A DNA stretch of 63,160 bases, counting the filler, from Octopus bimaculoides (taxonomy: Eukaryota), in assembly GCF_001194135.2 (NCBI RefSeq). It is 3 parts of 3 records of this genome, joined end to end, with 100 filler letters (N's around TTAATTAATTAA, not from the genome) between each part and the next. Parts side by side here need not be neighbours in the genome. Positions count along the whole stretch, not along the records: positions 1 to 28,422 come from NC_069006.1; 2 more parts are not named here. One strand, written 5' to 3'. Shown piece by piece: positions 1 to 13,285 of this stretch; within the stretch, counting starts at the first letter, position 1; each line of letters opens with the position of its first letter. The notes beneath the pieces were generated by a model that was not told the origin of the DNA, did no database searches, and saw only the letters and a program-made list of their open reading frames with translations. A program made the translations under genes and the position numbers.

Positions 1-229
1 ATCTAGTTTTCAGATCGCAAGACGTGGCTAAAATCGGAAGAAAAGTGATTTTACGCACATACGCACAAGTTGCTGGTGGAAATTTTAAGCCCCAGTCTAA
101 CCCGCAACCTTTTTTCCACCTATATTCTTTTCAAAATTCGGCGGCACACCCGAGCTAAAAGTATAACTAAAAGAATAGGGGAAAAAATTATATTTAGGTT
201 ACACTGTGGCACACCATGACCAGTCTATG

Positions 230-440
230 ACCAGTCTGGAGCATTTCATTAGTTTCTGTAGCTTTTTTTTTTTTTTGCCCCGCTTAACACAAAACTTTAT
301 TGCATAGCAGGTTTCCAAATTGTCTTCAACACTGACTGGATTCTGCAAACTGGTCAGTTGTGACAAGTGGTGTTCAGTAGGACGTGTTCAAAAGTGCTGT
401 TACATCTGTCTCCTTCGATCTGGAATAATGAATAATCTGG
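230..440 (-). mobile_element. mariner transposon relic, 5' end / N-terminal HTH
   Basis: Minus-strand translation EDNLETCYAIKFCVKRGK..ATETNEMLQT resembles the mariner transposase N-terminus (QRxxIKFCxKLGKxATETxEML); disrupted by a poly-T run. Confidence 0.6.
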
Positions 441-609
441 AATAATGAAAAAGTTGGCAGCTTAGCTTATTCGATGTATAGGAATGATATGCCAAATTTA
501 TGATAATTTAGTAATTATAATTACTTCTCCCCCAAAAGGTCTCAAAACTTCTGGAATGCACCTCTTCTTTCTCTCTCTCACACACTCTCTCTTCACACAC
601 ACACACGGA

Positions 610-830
610 TATAGGGTGGGGCAGAGGGGACGGACGTTTTTGAAAAATTCACAAAACCATTAATTTCAACTGCAAACAAATTTTATTGACATCAATGTGT
701 TCGTATTGAATTAGCATTTGTCAAAATCACATGTGGAAAACAACATCCATCATGTGGTGTCCGTTTTCATCGATGCATTTCTGAAAGCTTGACTGATGCG
801 TTCCACATTTTCCGGTGTCGTCCGTACCGT
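610..830 (-). mobile_element. internally deleted Tc1/mariner-superfamily relic
   Basis: Minus strand joins VRTTPENVERISQAF (HTH-linker-like) to FQKCIDENGHHMMDVVFHM* (transposase C-terminus-like) in another frame; ends in a terminus ...CCCACCCTATA. Confidence 0.5.
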
Positions 831-1587
831 TCAAATCCCGCGGTCGACTGGGTCAATGAAATAAACACCAGTTGAGCACTGGGGTTCGATATAATCGAAT
901 TAACCCCTTTCCTCCAAATTGCCAACTTTCTGGAAAAAATTTGAAACCGTTACCTAGCTACGTTCTGAGTTCAAACGTCGCTCAAGTCCGCTCCGCTGTT
1001 GTTAAAAGTACAGGACGTTGGGTCGTTGATAAAATGAAGTCTAATAATGGAGATTATTTAATTCGTTTGAACATCCTAAATGGGAATCGAAACACGAGAA
1101 GACAACACTTGCCTTCGCTTTCCCTCTCTCCGTCTTCGTTCTCTCTCTCTTTGTTTTTCCCTCTTTCTTAATCCGCTTTACTTTCTTCTTTTCTCATCTC
1201 TTTCTCTATGTATTTCACTGTCATTCTTTCTTCTCTCTCTCTCTCCCTCCACGTTTACCTGTGAGCACGTGTAGACCGAAACACCGAGCAGCTTACACAA
1301 GCTGCTAATTGCACATAATCACCAGCATCATTAAACACACATACATACACACGCACCCCTCCTCTTCTGACAGAATACCGTTACAAAATCAAATTAAATT
1401 ATGCAAAAGATCAACCTTTTAAAAAGGAAGGAGAGGCGCACATAACAGCTAATAATAATAATGATAATAATAATATAACAACAACCTACAAGTAAAGAGT
1501 TATACATATATACACACACACGCTCTCGGCATACAATTTGGACATAATAATTACTATCACCGACCAACAAGCAAGCAAGTGATAGAC

Positions 1588-1626
<39 letters not shown>

Positions 1627-3318
1627 TAAAGTAATGCTAACTTTCTCTTTTCCTCTCTCTCGTTCATGTCATCGAGTTGAGCGATGGAGAAGAGACACAC
1701 ACACATTGCCTCTGGCCAACACAATTTAAAGACAACCACCTTAATGAATTTATAACTATTTTAGCCATAAACTCACACGCACACACTTGTACCTGAATCT
1801 ACTTTCATACATCACAAGTAACAATAACTTGTCTCTCTCTCTTTCTCTCTCTATTCACTCATCTCTTCCTCTGTCACACATGTATACACACACACACACA
1901 CACACACCGAGTGTTGTGTCATGGAAAGGCAAAGTTTTCCAAGTCTTCTTCCCTATTTAATTATTAGCAACATTATTTCTGCTTAAAGACGATTTGTTTT
2001 CATGTTTCGAACGTTTTTTTTTTTATTCCTGTAGCTTCAAATTATATTTCATATTTACATTTACATTTACTGCTTCTTATATTTTCTATTAAACCAAAAA
2101 ACAAAACGTATACTTGTGTAATTTAATTTCTGTTGGGTCGTTTTCTTTCCTCCTCTTTCATATTCACCTTATTATATTACGTTTACTCAACAGCTTATCA
2201 TATTATACTATTTAATCATTATTTTAAATATTTGTTTTACTTTCTGTTCGGGACGTTTACTTCCCTTCTATTTCATTACATTTACTTCACTGCTTGTTTT
2301 ATTTTCTATTCACTTATCTCTTATTTTTCTTTTAAAATCAATTTGTATTAATTTCTGTTTGGGACGATCTCTCTCTCTCTCTCTCTCGTATTTTCTTCAT
2401 TTTTTTTCTTCAATTTATTTCATGACATTCATATATAGCTGCCTGTTTAACTTTCTTCTCTATGTTTCAAGCTTGTTGTGCAACCTTTTCACAACTGCAT
2501 TAGGAAGGTAAAAAAAAAAAACTTTACACACACACACCTCTGTGTGTGCCCGTCCTAGTCTCTTTCAGCTGTAAGAGCTGGATCCGTCACTTGTAAAGTG
2601 GTTACTCAGGTAGAGGTAAGAGACTATCACTGCTCGTCGTGTATATCACTGTGTATACATTGTGTGTGTGCATATATACCTATATATCTATACCTGCACA
2701 CACACACATGTATAACTATATATGTGGGCGTATTACATAAATGAGTGTGCAGTGTATATTGTATATGTGTGTATACACGCGCACACACGTACATATAACT
2801 TAGTCGACCTGGAGACCAGATAACGCGTCGTCAAATGGCTATTAGCGGAAAAAATACATCCCTGTTGAGTAAAAGTGAAGTAGGAGCGAAATGGAGGAAA
2901 CGAAAGAACAGTAAATAAATAGATATAGATTAATAAGAAATAAAATAATGAATAAGTACAAACAACAAGATAAAATTAAAGCCAAAAAGAAGAAAAAGAT
3001 CGAGAAACTTAATTTTGTTGTAGTTTGAGTTCATTACATCCAGGACAGTCGTTTGCATTGGAGGACAAATATATATATAGATAGATACACCCTCACAAGA
3101 CGAAAGCGGATTATTAAATTACAAGTGAGAAAATATCGGAGAAATTAGGGACCAAGGAACGTATTTGAAAAGTTTCCTGTGTTTTTGTTGCAATACTTTG
3201 GTTTGCAAAAACGAAAAGAAAGAGGAATTTTTATTCATTTATCTGTGTTTTCCCGCTGGTTAGTGTCGGTCCGAACTGTTGGATACATTCATTTATTCTT
3301 ATTGTTGTTGTCAATGTC

Positions 3319-3597
3319 ATGTGTTCGTGTTCTTTGCAACGTAACGACAGCAGCCGCAGATCGAAGTATGCTAACAGGAAGGATGTTTCGATAGAATTGG
3401 AGGATTATTACCATTTAATCGACATGGAAGTTCAAAATGCTAAGGAGTTGCCCGAAGACGATCTCTTCGCGCAGCTCGCCCAAAAGGACCGGGATCTAAT
3501 CCTTGCTGCAGAACTTGGTAAGGCCCTCTTGGAAAAAAATGATGAACTTCTGCGAAAGAACGAAACGTTAGTGGAGGAATATACATTAAAAATCGAT
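3319..3597 (+). CDS. BICDL1: first coding exon of a BICD family-like cargo adaptor (BICDL1/BICDR-type dynein activating adaptor); partial gene
   Basis: 93 aa including QKDRDLILAAELGKALLEKNDEL, the CC1-box (AAxxG, 3505-3519) in a coiled coil. Ends at GAT|GTAAGT, a phase-0 donor at 3598. The closest remembered match is BICDL1 QKEKDLVLAARLGKALLERN; HAP1/TRAK/CDR2 share the motif, so the symbol is tentative. An alternative start is the Met at 3424. Confidence 0.85.
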
Positions 3598-4264
3598 GTA
3601 AGTAAATGGAATTATCGCTTTGTTTACTTATCTGTAACTATTAATAACATTAATATTAGTATTCTTCTGGTAATTTCTTTTTCTTGACAGTAGGATGTCT
3701 GTATGTGTATATATATGTTTATAAGTTTATGTATGAAATATGTATGTATGTATATATGTGTATGTATATTTATGTTTGTATATGTATGTATGTATGTATA
3801 TTTGTTTGTATATGTATGTATATTCATGTATATATATTCATGTATGTATGTATGTATGTATATATGTGTATGTATGTATATATGTATTTGTTGCTCTGTA
3901 AACTTTGTACTAGCTTTCTTTTGTGTGCGTTGGGATGTTACGATGAACTCAGCCTATATTTATACAGAAGTATACAAACATACGTGTGTATGCAAGTGAA
4001 TATATGTGTGTGCGTATATAGATGTGTGTATATATATATATATATATATGCATATTGTGTGTATACATACACACCTCTTTCCATACACACACACACGCAT
4101 ACATGTGTGCATATGTGTTTGTCTATATATCTTTATATATACCTATATATATGGGTATATAGGTGTGTATGGGACATTTGAGTCTTACGAATCGCCTCTA
4201 CTGCTAAGCGCTTTTTAGGTGCGAAATCAATGGTCACTCTATGACCGGCCAAAACATTCAACTT

Positions 4265-4303
<39 letters not shown>

Positions 4304-4659
4304 TGTGTGCGTGCGTGTTTTAATAAAAAAAATATATATATATAAACGTGTGTGTGTGTGTGTGTAATTAAAGACCCGGTACCGATTTTAGGAGGGCTAC
4401 AATTTAAAGTAATGTAGTTAATGATAGCTGATAGTGATGTAATGTTGATTGGAGAGAGAAAAGAAGACAAGAAAAAAAAAAATGAAAATTGCGTGTGTGA
4501 AAATGGAAGTTGGAGCAAGTTAGAAAGTTCGGGAAGTGAAAGTACATGTTATACATACATATACACACGCATTCAGACACATACCTATTCATACATGCCT
4601 ACAGGCACTCACGTACACATATACACATGCGTACACATACAGGCATATTTGACTCGTAG

Positions 4660-4699
<40 letters not shown>

Positions 4700-5259
4700 N
4701 NNNNNNNNNNNNNNNNNNNNNNNNNNNNNNNNNNNNNNNNNNNNNNNNNNNNNNNNNNNNNNNNNNNNNNNNNNNNNNNNNNNNNNNNNNNNNNNNNNNN
4801 NNNNNNNNNNNNNNNNNNNNNNNNNNNNNNNNNNNNNNNNNNNNNNNNNNNNNNNNNNNNNNNNNNNNNNNNNNNNNNNNNNNNNNNNNNNNNNNNNNNN
4901 NNNNNNNNNNNNNNNNNNNNNNNNNNNNNNNNNNNNNNNNNNNNNNNNNNNNNNNNNNNNNNNNNNNNNNNNNNNNNNNNNNNNNNNNNNNNNNNNNNNN
5001 NNNNNNNNNNNNNNNNNNNNNNNNNNNNNNNNNNNNNNNNNNNNNNNNNNNNNNNNNNNNNNNNNNNNNNNNNNNNNNNNNNNNNNNNNNNNNNNNNNNN
5101 NNNNNNNNNNNNNNNNNNNNNNNNNNNNNNNNNNNNNNNNNNNNNNNNNNNNNNNNNNNNNNNNNNNNNNNNNNNNNNNNNNNNNNNNNNNNNNNNNNNN
5201 NNNNNNNNNNNNNNNNNNNNNNNNNNNNNNNNNNTACAGCTTGGCACCAGTGATGTCGC

Positions 5260-5403
5260 AACTCATTTCTACGGCTGAGTTAACTGGAGCAACGTGAAAA
5301 TAAAGTGTCTTGCTCAAGAACACAACACGCAGTCCGGTCCGGGATTCGAACTCACAACCTCGTGATTGTTAGCCCGACGCTTTAACCACTGAGCCATGCG
5401 CCT
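5260..5403 (-). mobile_element. tRNA-derived SINE family D (head + central domain)
   Basis: Reverse complement has A/B-box-like TGGCTCAGTGG and GAGTTCGAATCCC, followed by the GTGTTCTTGAGCAAGACACTTTA domain shared with copies at 17850, 28181, 46810 and 47040. Confidence 0.8.
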
Positions 5404-7011
5404 TCACTCGTACACACACACACACACACACAATCAGTGGAAATCCCTTTTTGTGATCACTTTGGAAATGACAGTGTTAAGCAGGTGGCTATATCAATAT
5501 TCTGGGCGTGCTTTGGGACCTACTAATTGTGATAACAATAACCGTTTGATAACAATTTCCGTGATTATAACAAGCAGTTTCCGTTGTTTTGTCTGCCTGT
5601 GTATATAAACATATATGTGTGTGAGTGTACACACATATACATACGCACCTCTCCCTCTCTCTGTATGAACATTACACACATAGAGGGTGAGGGAGAGAGA
5701 GAGAGAGAGAAAAAAATGTTATATAATTGTTCAGATAAATTGATATAAAATTCGATAACCTGGAGTGTGTAGTCACACCTCCACGTTTTATCTATGATAA
5801 GGAATACAAACATGTTTCTTGTGCGTTGTGAGACAAGTTTTTGTGTGTCATTTACTTTCATAGATGTGTATGCCTGTATGTATGTGTGTGTGTATATAAC
5901 TCTTCGAAACGCCAGTGTTAGAATGGTGGCAGCTGATGAAGGAAATGTTCTCTATGTGGCGTGTGTGTTTTCTGTACTCTGTTTATAATTTGTCTACGTT
6001 TTATTTGCAACGTCCTGTACCCAGATATGCATCTATATATACAGGTAGATGTAGGTATGTACATACTTGTACGTATATATGCATATACTCATTTATTATT
6101 TGTATTATATATATATATATATATATATATAGACTCGCGGCGCATTCATACACACAGCTGGGAAGTTTTCGTTTCTCCACCGTTTCAATTTATTGATCAA
6201 CTTGAGCCTTGGTAGGGGTCACTTCAGCATGGTACCATACACCACTCAGTCACGAATCTGTGTGTGTGTGTATGCGTTATAGATAAATCAATTGATAGAT
6301 GTATGGATGTAGATCTAGATAGATATGAGCTGAGCGGTACATTTAGTAAGTATCTCGGCTTCTGCCTTGTTTTCAGAGACAATCGATCTACAAATCAGTC
6401 AACCAATTTCACTAGAGTTTTGTGTTGATGGATGAAGGTCCTGGTTTTAAAGTCACGCAATAATCAATATGGTTTCGGCACTTTTACCAGTCGTGTCTCC
6501 AATTTCAATTACGGACGTACGTGTGTGTGTGTGTGAAATAAGCAATAAAGTGTACATGTTGAGTTTTTATTGATTTTCATAGCAGGCACAGTTGTCTGTC
6601 CCACTGTAGGATAACAGTAGCTATACACACAACTGTGTGTGTGTGTGTCTTTAATCTTTTACTTTTTTTCAGTCATTAGACTGCGGCCATGCTGGAGCAC
6701 CACCTTTATGAATTTTTAGTTGAATGGATCGACCCCAGGACTTAGCGAACCACGAATCGTGGTTGGAATTCCTTCCAACGCTCTATAGATATTTATGCCA
6801 ACAGCACTAACAGATGACTAAGCACCAACTGTTTTGGAGACAGAGATACAGTTATTTGTCAGCTTTTATTCTGGTTACGTGTTTGTTTCTTTTGCTTCAG
6901 CTCAATTTCGTTACATGACTGTTGTTTTATACCGAAGGTCAAAGACTTTTTAATTGCGATTTTATTGAGCGAATTTTCCATCACATACGCACGCACGGAC
7001 GCGCGCGCACG

Positions 7012-7065
<54 letters not shown>

Positions 7066-7109
7066 CTCTCTCACACACATGCACACACACACACGCACGT
7101 ACAAATTTC

Positions 7110-7336
7110 CAGGGTGTCCATAAATTATATTTACAATTTGAAAAAATTCAGAAAAAAAAGGGTAACTGACCCAAAAGGATAAGTCAAGCCAAAAGAGGAT
7201 AACTCAGGCCCACAAGGAAATATTCTGATGTTTCTAATAAAACTTTGTTTGCCCATGTTTTCCAATTGAACTCTGTTGTTACCGTTTTATTTTTCTGAAT
7301 ATTCCAAATTGTAAAAGGTAATTTATGGACATCCTG
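7110..7336. mobile_element. Tc1/mariner-type MITE
   Basis: Terminal inverted repeats CAGGGTGTCCATAAATTA (7110) and GTAATTTATGGACATCCTG (7318-7336), imperfect pairing extending about 45 bp; no coding capacity. Confidence 0.7.
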
Positions 7337-8738
7337 TGTGTGTGTGTGTATTATGCTTTCGTCTCTCTCTGTCTATATATGTATAGACAGACAGACAGAC
7401 AGACAAATAGATAGATAGACTGCTTAGATATAACGATACTAATAACTAGTTGTTATAAGTCAATATACTTAGGCTTTAAAGTAAAGCGTCAGGCGAATAT
7501 AGAGCATTTATCAATAAATGAATGACAAAAAATAAAACGGAAGTTACGTGACAACTTTCATTAGCTAACAACTGTTTCTGCTATAGGATGTTGTATAAAC
7601 ATTCAGCTCTAAGTATAGTGCTTTAGCAGAAACATCTGGAAGCTAACGAAGTTGGTTATGTAATTCCTGTTCTTTTGTCATTCATTCCCTCTTCCCTCCC
7701 TCTCCCTCTTCTCTCACTCTCCTTCTTCCCTCCTCTTCCCTCCCATTCTCTCTTCTTCCGTCTCTCTCTCTCATTCTCTATCTCCCCCTCCAACACACAA
7801 TCTCTCTCGCCTCCTCCTTCATGGCTTGCGATGAAAAAAGTGGATGATGACAGTTAACGTACATCGACGTTCGATCGTCTGACTTACGAACGTCTTCTGC
7901 GAAACTGTACCAGCGTCCAAATACAATAGCAGTGACGTACTGTGTCTAATAACACTGAAATTTTACCTTCACCTTAATACATGTGATCTTCTGCTTCAGT
8001 TACAAATGTATCTTTTTAATTAAGATTATTATTATTGCTGTTGTTTTAAAGCTGTTACCTCGATGGTCGTCACTTATCGTCTGATATAGATTGACGTAAG
8101 TTAAGACTTTGTCAATGCTGACACAGCTTTAGTATCGTCTGGCGAAAATCAACTAAACCATAGTGTGCTGTTCTATTTATTCTGTCTTTTTCCCCCCGAA
8201 CATTATTTATCACTGGTTGTATTTGTATTAAATTCGACTGAAATCTTTCAACCGCACGTTAAATTGACCATTCGAATTTCATCACAAACGATAAACTCAT
8301 GAGAAGAGCTAACTTAAGTAAACCGTAAGACGCCATCACAGCTATACGAAGGAAGCTGTTAGAGTGATCGGCAGGGATAGTCGTCGAGTGGACTGTTGCA
8401 GGAGAAAGAAGACAGAAAGGCAGGACAGTGTGGGAAGATTTGGCGGAGATGGGTGTCACATGAGAATAGGTACAATAGTCAAAATTTTGAATTTTTTTTT
8501 TTTTTGTTTATTCATAATCTCCGACATGTAAAACCTCGGAATCCGAATAAACTTTTGCAGAAAAATGCATTTTACAAGGTGAGGTGCGAATCTGCATTAG
8601 CCCTTTATAATTCTAGAAACATTTTCAGGATAAACCCCGCCTTTAAAATAACGAATACATTCGGAATTCTCCAGAGAAATTGCTATCAACACTAAGCCAT
8701 CCCAGTCTTTTGTTCATTTATAATTTATCTCTCGCCTG

Positions 8739-8776
<38 letters not shown>

Positions 8777-9015
8777 ATATTTTGAAAAATTGCCAAAAGT
8801 GGTAAGAAACTCTCAAGAGAGCTGAGCAACAGGTTTTCAGAGACCCCCCCACCCACTGGCAAGTGTTTCAGCCTAATTTCTGATACTTTAAGGGCTGCAC
8901 CCAGGTCACGACACTTAAGGTGCCGTTCTGCTGACGCTTTTACAATACAAATTAAAACCATTTTGAGGTTGGGATATTTAATATTTCACTAGTTATTGGC
9001 AGTCGAGAATTCACA

Positions 9016-9144
9016 GGCTGTTTCCCGAGTAAGGCCTGTGGAACCTTCGATATTACAGGAATGAGCAGAAGAGCCCTTAAGAACAATATAGAGGCCTTTG
9101 AGAAAGCATCCAGGCAAATCTGACTGAAAAGAAATGACTGGTGG
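9016..9144 (+). mobile_element. RLE-type (R2 superfamily, HERO/NeSL-like) LINE C-terminal relic
   Basis: Translation GCFPSKACGTFDITGMSRRALKNNIEAFEKASRQI*LKRNDWW resembles the remembered HERO/NeSL C-terminal pattern GITG..RRAIK.I.EAAEKASRWLW.KR; stop where W is expected. Confidence 0.5.
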
Positions 9145-10529
9145 GATGGTTAGAATGCTGCTTAGACACAGGCATACGTTTGATCAATCTAGGTCGAATC
9201 GTCTGTATGAATGTATATGTAGTATGACACGAAACAACTATTAACTCCAGGATACAAAGCTGACGAAGTGTCCAAGTATGTTGAACTATTATTATTTTAA
9301 ATATTGGAACTACTAGTTTTCTTATTATAAATTTATATCAAATCCCATTAAAGGACACCCTTATCTTGCTGCAAATACTTCAGAATTTCTTTTAGAAATG
9401 CCTCTCTAGTGCACCAACACGAAGTTAAATTGAAAATGACTGACGGAGAGAACTTTCTCGAATCCCTGATTTAGAAATGGGAAATGAATACGTTTTTGTT
9501 AGGTGTGTGTATATGTGTGTGTAATAAACGATCCATCTAACCACGAGGTCTAATTACATAGTTGAGTGTATGTGCATATGTTTCAGGTAGATTGTGTTGG
9601 ACAATACTGTGGAGGAGTGCATCCTTGATTCGAGGTAATTGAAAGAGATTGATCTTTAGTATCGTATGCTTAACAACAACTACAAAACGAATCTCTGATC
9701 TGAATTGGCACTATGGAAACCCATTCAAAACAATTAACTAACTAATCACTAGAGATACATTCGTAGCAACTTCATTATCATCGCTTTCGCCATCATTGTC
9801 ATCAACGACAAAAACAGCTGCGAGATTACAATTAGAAATCATTAAGGGAGAGAGATGGAGAAAGAGAGACACGGAGAAAGAGAGAGAGAAAGAGAAAGAG
9901 AGAGAGAAAGAGAAAGAGAGAGTAGAAGTTATTGTGCTGTTGCTAAGTATCACATATACCTATTTCAAGTCGGACATGTAACCGGCAAATCAATAATGTA
10001 TCCTTGGCTTCAATTGAAGTAGGTTATCTAATGAACGGCACCATGTGTTGGTGAGATAAACACACACACACGCATATGAGAGAGAGAGAGCAGTCTGAGC
10101 GATTGCATGGCGGCTATTTGGTTGCCTATCGTGTGTGTATATATGTATATGTGTGTTATATAGCTCCGAGTCACTGGCATGCATAAAAGACCATCGTATG
10201 AGTGTGTGTGCGCGGTCTATTTTCCTCATCCTTTTTTGGATGCCGAAGAATTTAACAAAGTCTTCCTTTCAACTTCTGCATGGTCGTCTTCTCTTTTTTT
10301 CTGGACATGGTGTCCACTTTATCAATTTGCCATTCCATCTATTGTCCTTTCTTTTTAACCAATTGTCCCGTGAAAGACCATTTCAAGATTTTTATTTTCC
10401 AAATAATATCCGTTAAACCCGTCGCCACTTTTATCCTGTTGTTCCTCCACTTATTCATTTCGGTAATCGGCAGCTATCACCTTTACATACATAGAATGGC
10501 AGATAGCACATTAAAACGAAAGCAATTAC

Positions 10530-10818
10530 CAGGTCTCGACGGGTTTAGCTGAAAAAATCGACTCCTACCCACTCTACTTATTCTATCGGTTTTCTTTTCT
10601 CGTCGAACCGCTAGGTAAGTGAACCAACATCGGTTGCCAAGCGGTGGTAGGATTCCCCCCTCCAACACACACACACACACATACATATACGACGGGCTCC
10701 TTTTCAGTTTCCCTCGTCCAAATCCACTCAAAAGGCTTCGGTCGGCCCTGGAGCTCTATTAGAAGACACTCGCCAGGACTGAACCCGAAACCATATGGTT
10801 GGGAAGCAAGCTTCTTAC
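10530..10818 (-). mobile_element. composite SINE family B/C with internal microsatellite
   Basis: Same order as the full copy at 40669-41125: C segment, (CA)n, then B head segment truncated by an N gap. Confidence 0.75.
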
Positions 10819-11282
10819 NNNNNNNNNNNNNNNNNNNNNNNNNNNNNNNNNNNNNNNNNNNNNNNNNNNNNNNNNNNNNNNNNNNNNNNNNNNNNNNNNN
10901 NNNNNNNNNNNNNNNNNNNNNNNNNNNNNNNNNNNNNNNNNNNNNNNNNNNNNNNNNNNNNNNNNNNNNNNNNNNNNNNNNNNNNNNNNNNNNNNNNNNN
11001 NNNNNNNNNNNNNNNNNNNNNNNNNNNNNNNNNNNNNNNNNNNNNNNNNNNNNNNNNNNNNNNNNNNNNNNNNNNNNNNNNNNNNNNNNNNNNNNNNNNN
11101 NNNNNNNNNNNNNNNNNNNNNNNNNNNNNNNNNNNNNNNNNNNNNNNNNNNNNNNNNNNNNNNNNNNNNNNNNNNNNNNNNNNNNNNNNNNNNNNNNNNN
11201 NNNNNNNNNNNNNNNNNNNNNNNNNNNNNNNNNNNNNNNNNNNNNNNNNNNNNNNNNNNNNNNNNNNNNNNNNNNNNNNNNN

Positions 11283-11327
<45 letters not shown>

Positions 11328-11539
11328 ATCGAACGTTGTTGTTGACACACGCGCACACACAAACACGCGCGCACTCACTTACATGTTTACACTTATTACA
11401 TATGCAAGCATACATACACACATACAATATATTTCTACACATACGCGTAATATGGATATATACATACACACGTAAATATACCCGTATGCATTCGTACATA
11501 CCCCTCCTTCCACATACACACGCACGCACACACACACAC

Positions 11540-11573
<34 letters not shown>

Positions 11574-11630
11574 ATATACATATATATATATGTGTGTGTG
11601 TGTATATATATGTGTGTGTGTATATATATA

Positions 11631-11689
<59 letters not shown>

Positions 11690-12284
11690 GGATACCCGTA
11701 AACGTTTAACAGGTACAAAATTACACACATACACGAACATACATAATCACACATAAGTCAAGAGGTACATGCATAAACACACACACACACAGCCGACTTA
11801 CAACCGCCATGTTTTTAATGGTTAAAGGATTATTACGAGCGGGGTGTTGTTTTTTATGATGAACTGTTGATGACTTAACACGAGGTGGGTGTCTAAGGAG
11901 TGCATGCTACTACTACTACTACTACTACTACTAAGAAGTCAAGGACGATAAACGACTATGGCTGCCCCAGTAAAGCAGACGACACACTTCACTTCACTTC
12001 TTTCCGAATTTAGTCATGCCTTTATTTTCTACACTTCACGCATTAAACATTATTTACAGTTTAATAGTGAGAAAAAAAGAGTTACTGAGTCTTGACTGGT
12101 TTTTGTGTGGAAATTTTCCCTCCCACTCTATCATTATTATTATCCGCCGAGGTCGACTTTGTCTTTCATCCTTTCGGGGTTGATAAATTAAATACCAGTG
12201 AAACATTGGGGTCGATGTAATCGACAAGTCCCCTTCCCCCAAATGTCAGGCCTAGTGCCTTTAGTAGAAAAGATTATTATTATT

Positions 12285-12500
12285 GAGTGAGAAAGCCATC
12301 AAAGTGACACTGCAGTACAAATATACGAAGCCCAATATGGCCATCATGACTACCCGTCTGATAAGGGTATACCAGGCACATGCATCACATCCAAATGTAT
12401 GCGATATGGTGATCTCATATCAAGATAAACAGCGCATGACCTTGCAGATGGGGCCCGGTTTCAATTTTCTTCAGGTCGAGTAACCCATCTTGTTCAAAAG
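12285..12500. repeat. dispersed repeat family F (probable retroposon 3' region)
   Basis: Clear similarity to 25539-25760 (CATCATGACTACCCGTCTGATAAGGGT...GGTGATCTCATATCAAG). Confidence 0.7.
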
Positions 12501-12625
12501 GTCTCTTATTTTATCGAGTACTTTTGCCGAAACGCTATGTTATGCGGACATAAACACATCAGCATCGGTTATCAAGCGATGGAAGATACGTGCGCACGCG
12601 CGCACACACGCTCGCACGCACGCAC

Positions 12626-12661
<36 letters not shown>

Positions 12662-12785
12662 CAGGCTTCTTTCAGTTTCCGTCTACTAAATCCAGTCACA
12701 AGGCTTCGGTCGGCCCCAAACTATAGTAGAAGACACTTGCCCAAGGTGCCACGCAGTGGGGACCAAACCCGGAACCATGTGGTTA
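12500..12785 (-). mobile_element. composite SINE family B/C with internal microsatellite
   Basis: C segment (GCATCGGTTATCAAGCGATG), (CG)/(CA)n tract, B segment (TTTCAGTTTCCGTCTAC...CCCAAGGTGCCACGCAGTGGG). Confidence 0.75.
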
Positions 12786-13285
12786 CATACATATCTTTCA
12801 TTATTTACTTCTTTCAATCGTTGGACTGCGGCTATGCTGGGGCAACGCCTTGAACGGTTTTAGTCGAACGAATCAAGCCCAGGACCTACTTTTTATTTCT
12901 AAGCATTGTTCTTATCTTACGGGTCTCTTTTGCATATGTTTGCATGTCTCCATGTGTGTGTATATCTACACTTATTACACGCGCAGTTTGTAGAAGGTTT
13001 TACATATTTTTGATATCATCTGTATGTACTTTAAAAAGATACACGCAGCTATCAGACATGCGCACACACTCTCTTTCTTTCTTTCTTTCTCTCTCTCTCC
13101 TCACGATTGATTTAGTCTGTCAATATATTGTATCCTACCAACAATCACCATATGTTGAGCATTCAGTCTATTTGAAGATAAAAACCAGCAATAAATAAAC
13201 GCTGTCGCCAGTACGGAAGCAGGAGATCATCCTCGTAGTTATCATCGTCGTTGCCATATCTCTCACCATCATTATTGATTTCAAA

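Noticed and set aside
3598-3687. C-terminal VSKWNYRF...VISFS of the 122-aa ORF
   Set aside because: Read-through into the intron after a consensus GTAAGT donor; coiled-coil character stops there.
3684-5323. Long ORFs rich in Y/I/V/C/M/H/T or X (also at 10583-11754, 35008-35873, 37827-38707, 48259-49080, 55380-56357 and elsewhere)
   Set aside because: Translations of (AT)n, (GT)n, (ATGT)n microsatellites and N gaps.
9587-9634. Possible exon CAG|GTAGATT...TCGAG|GTAATT
   Set aside because: The 48-nt form has an in-frame stop in phase 0, the 44-nt form shifts frame, and there is no similarity to the expected exon 2.
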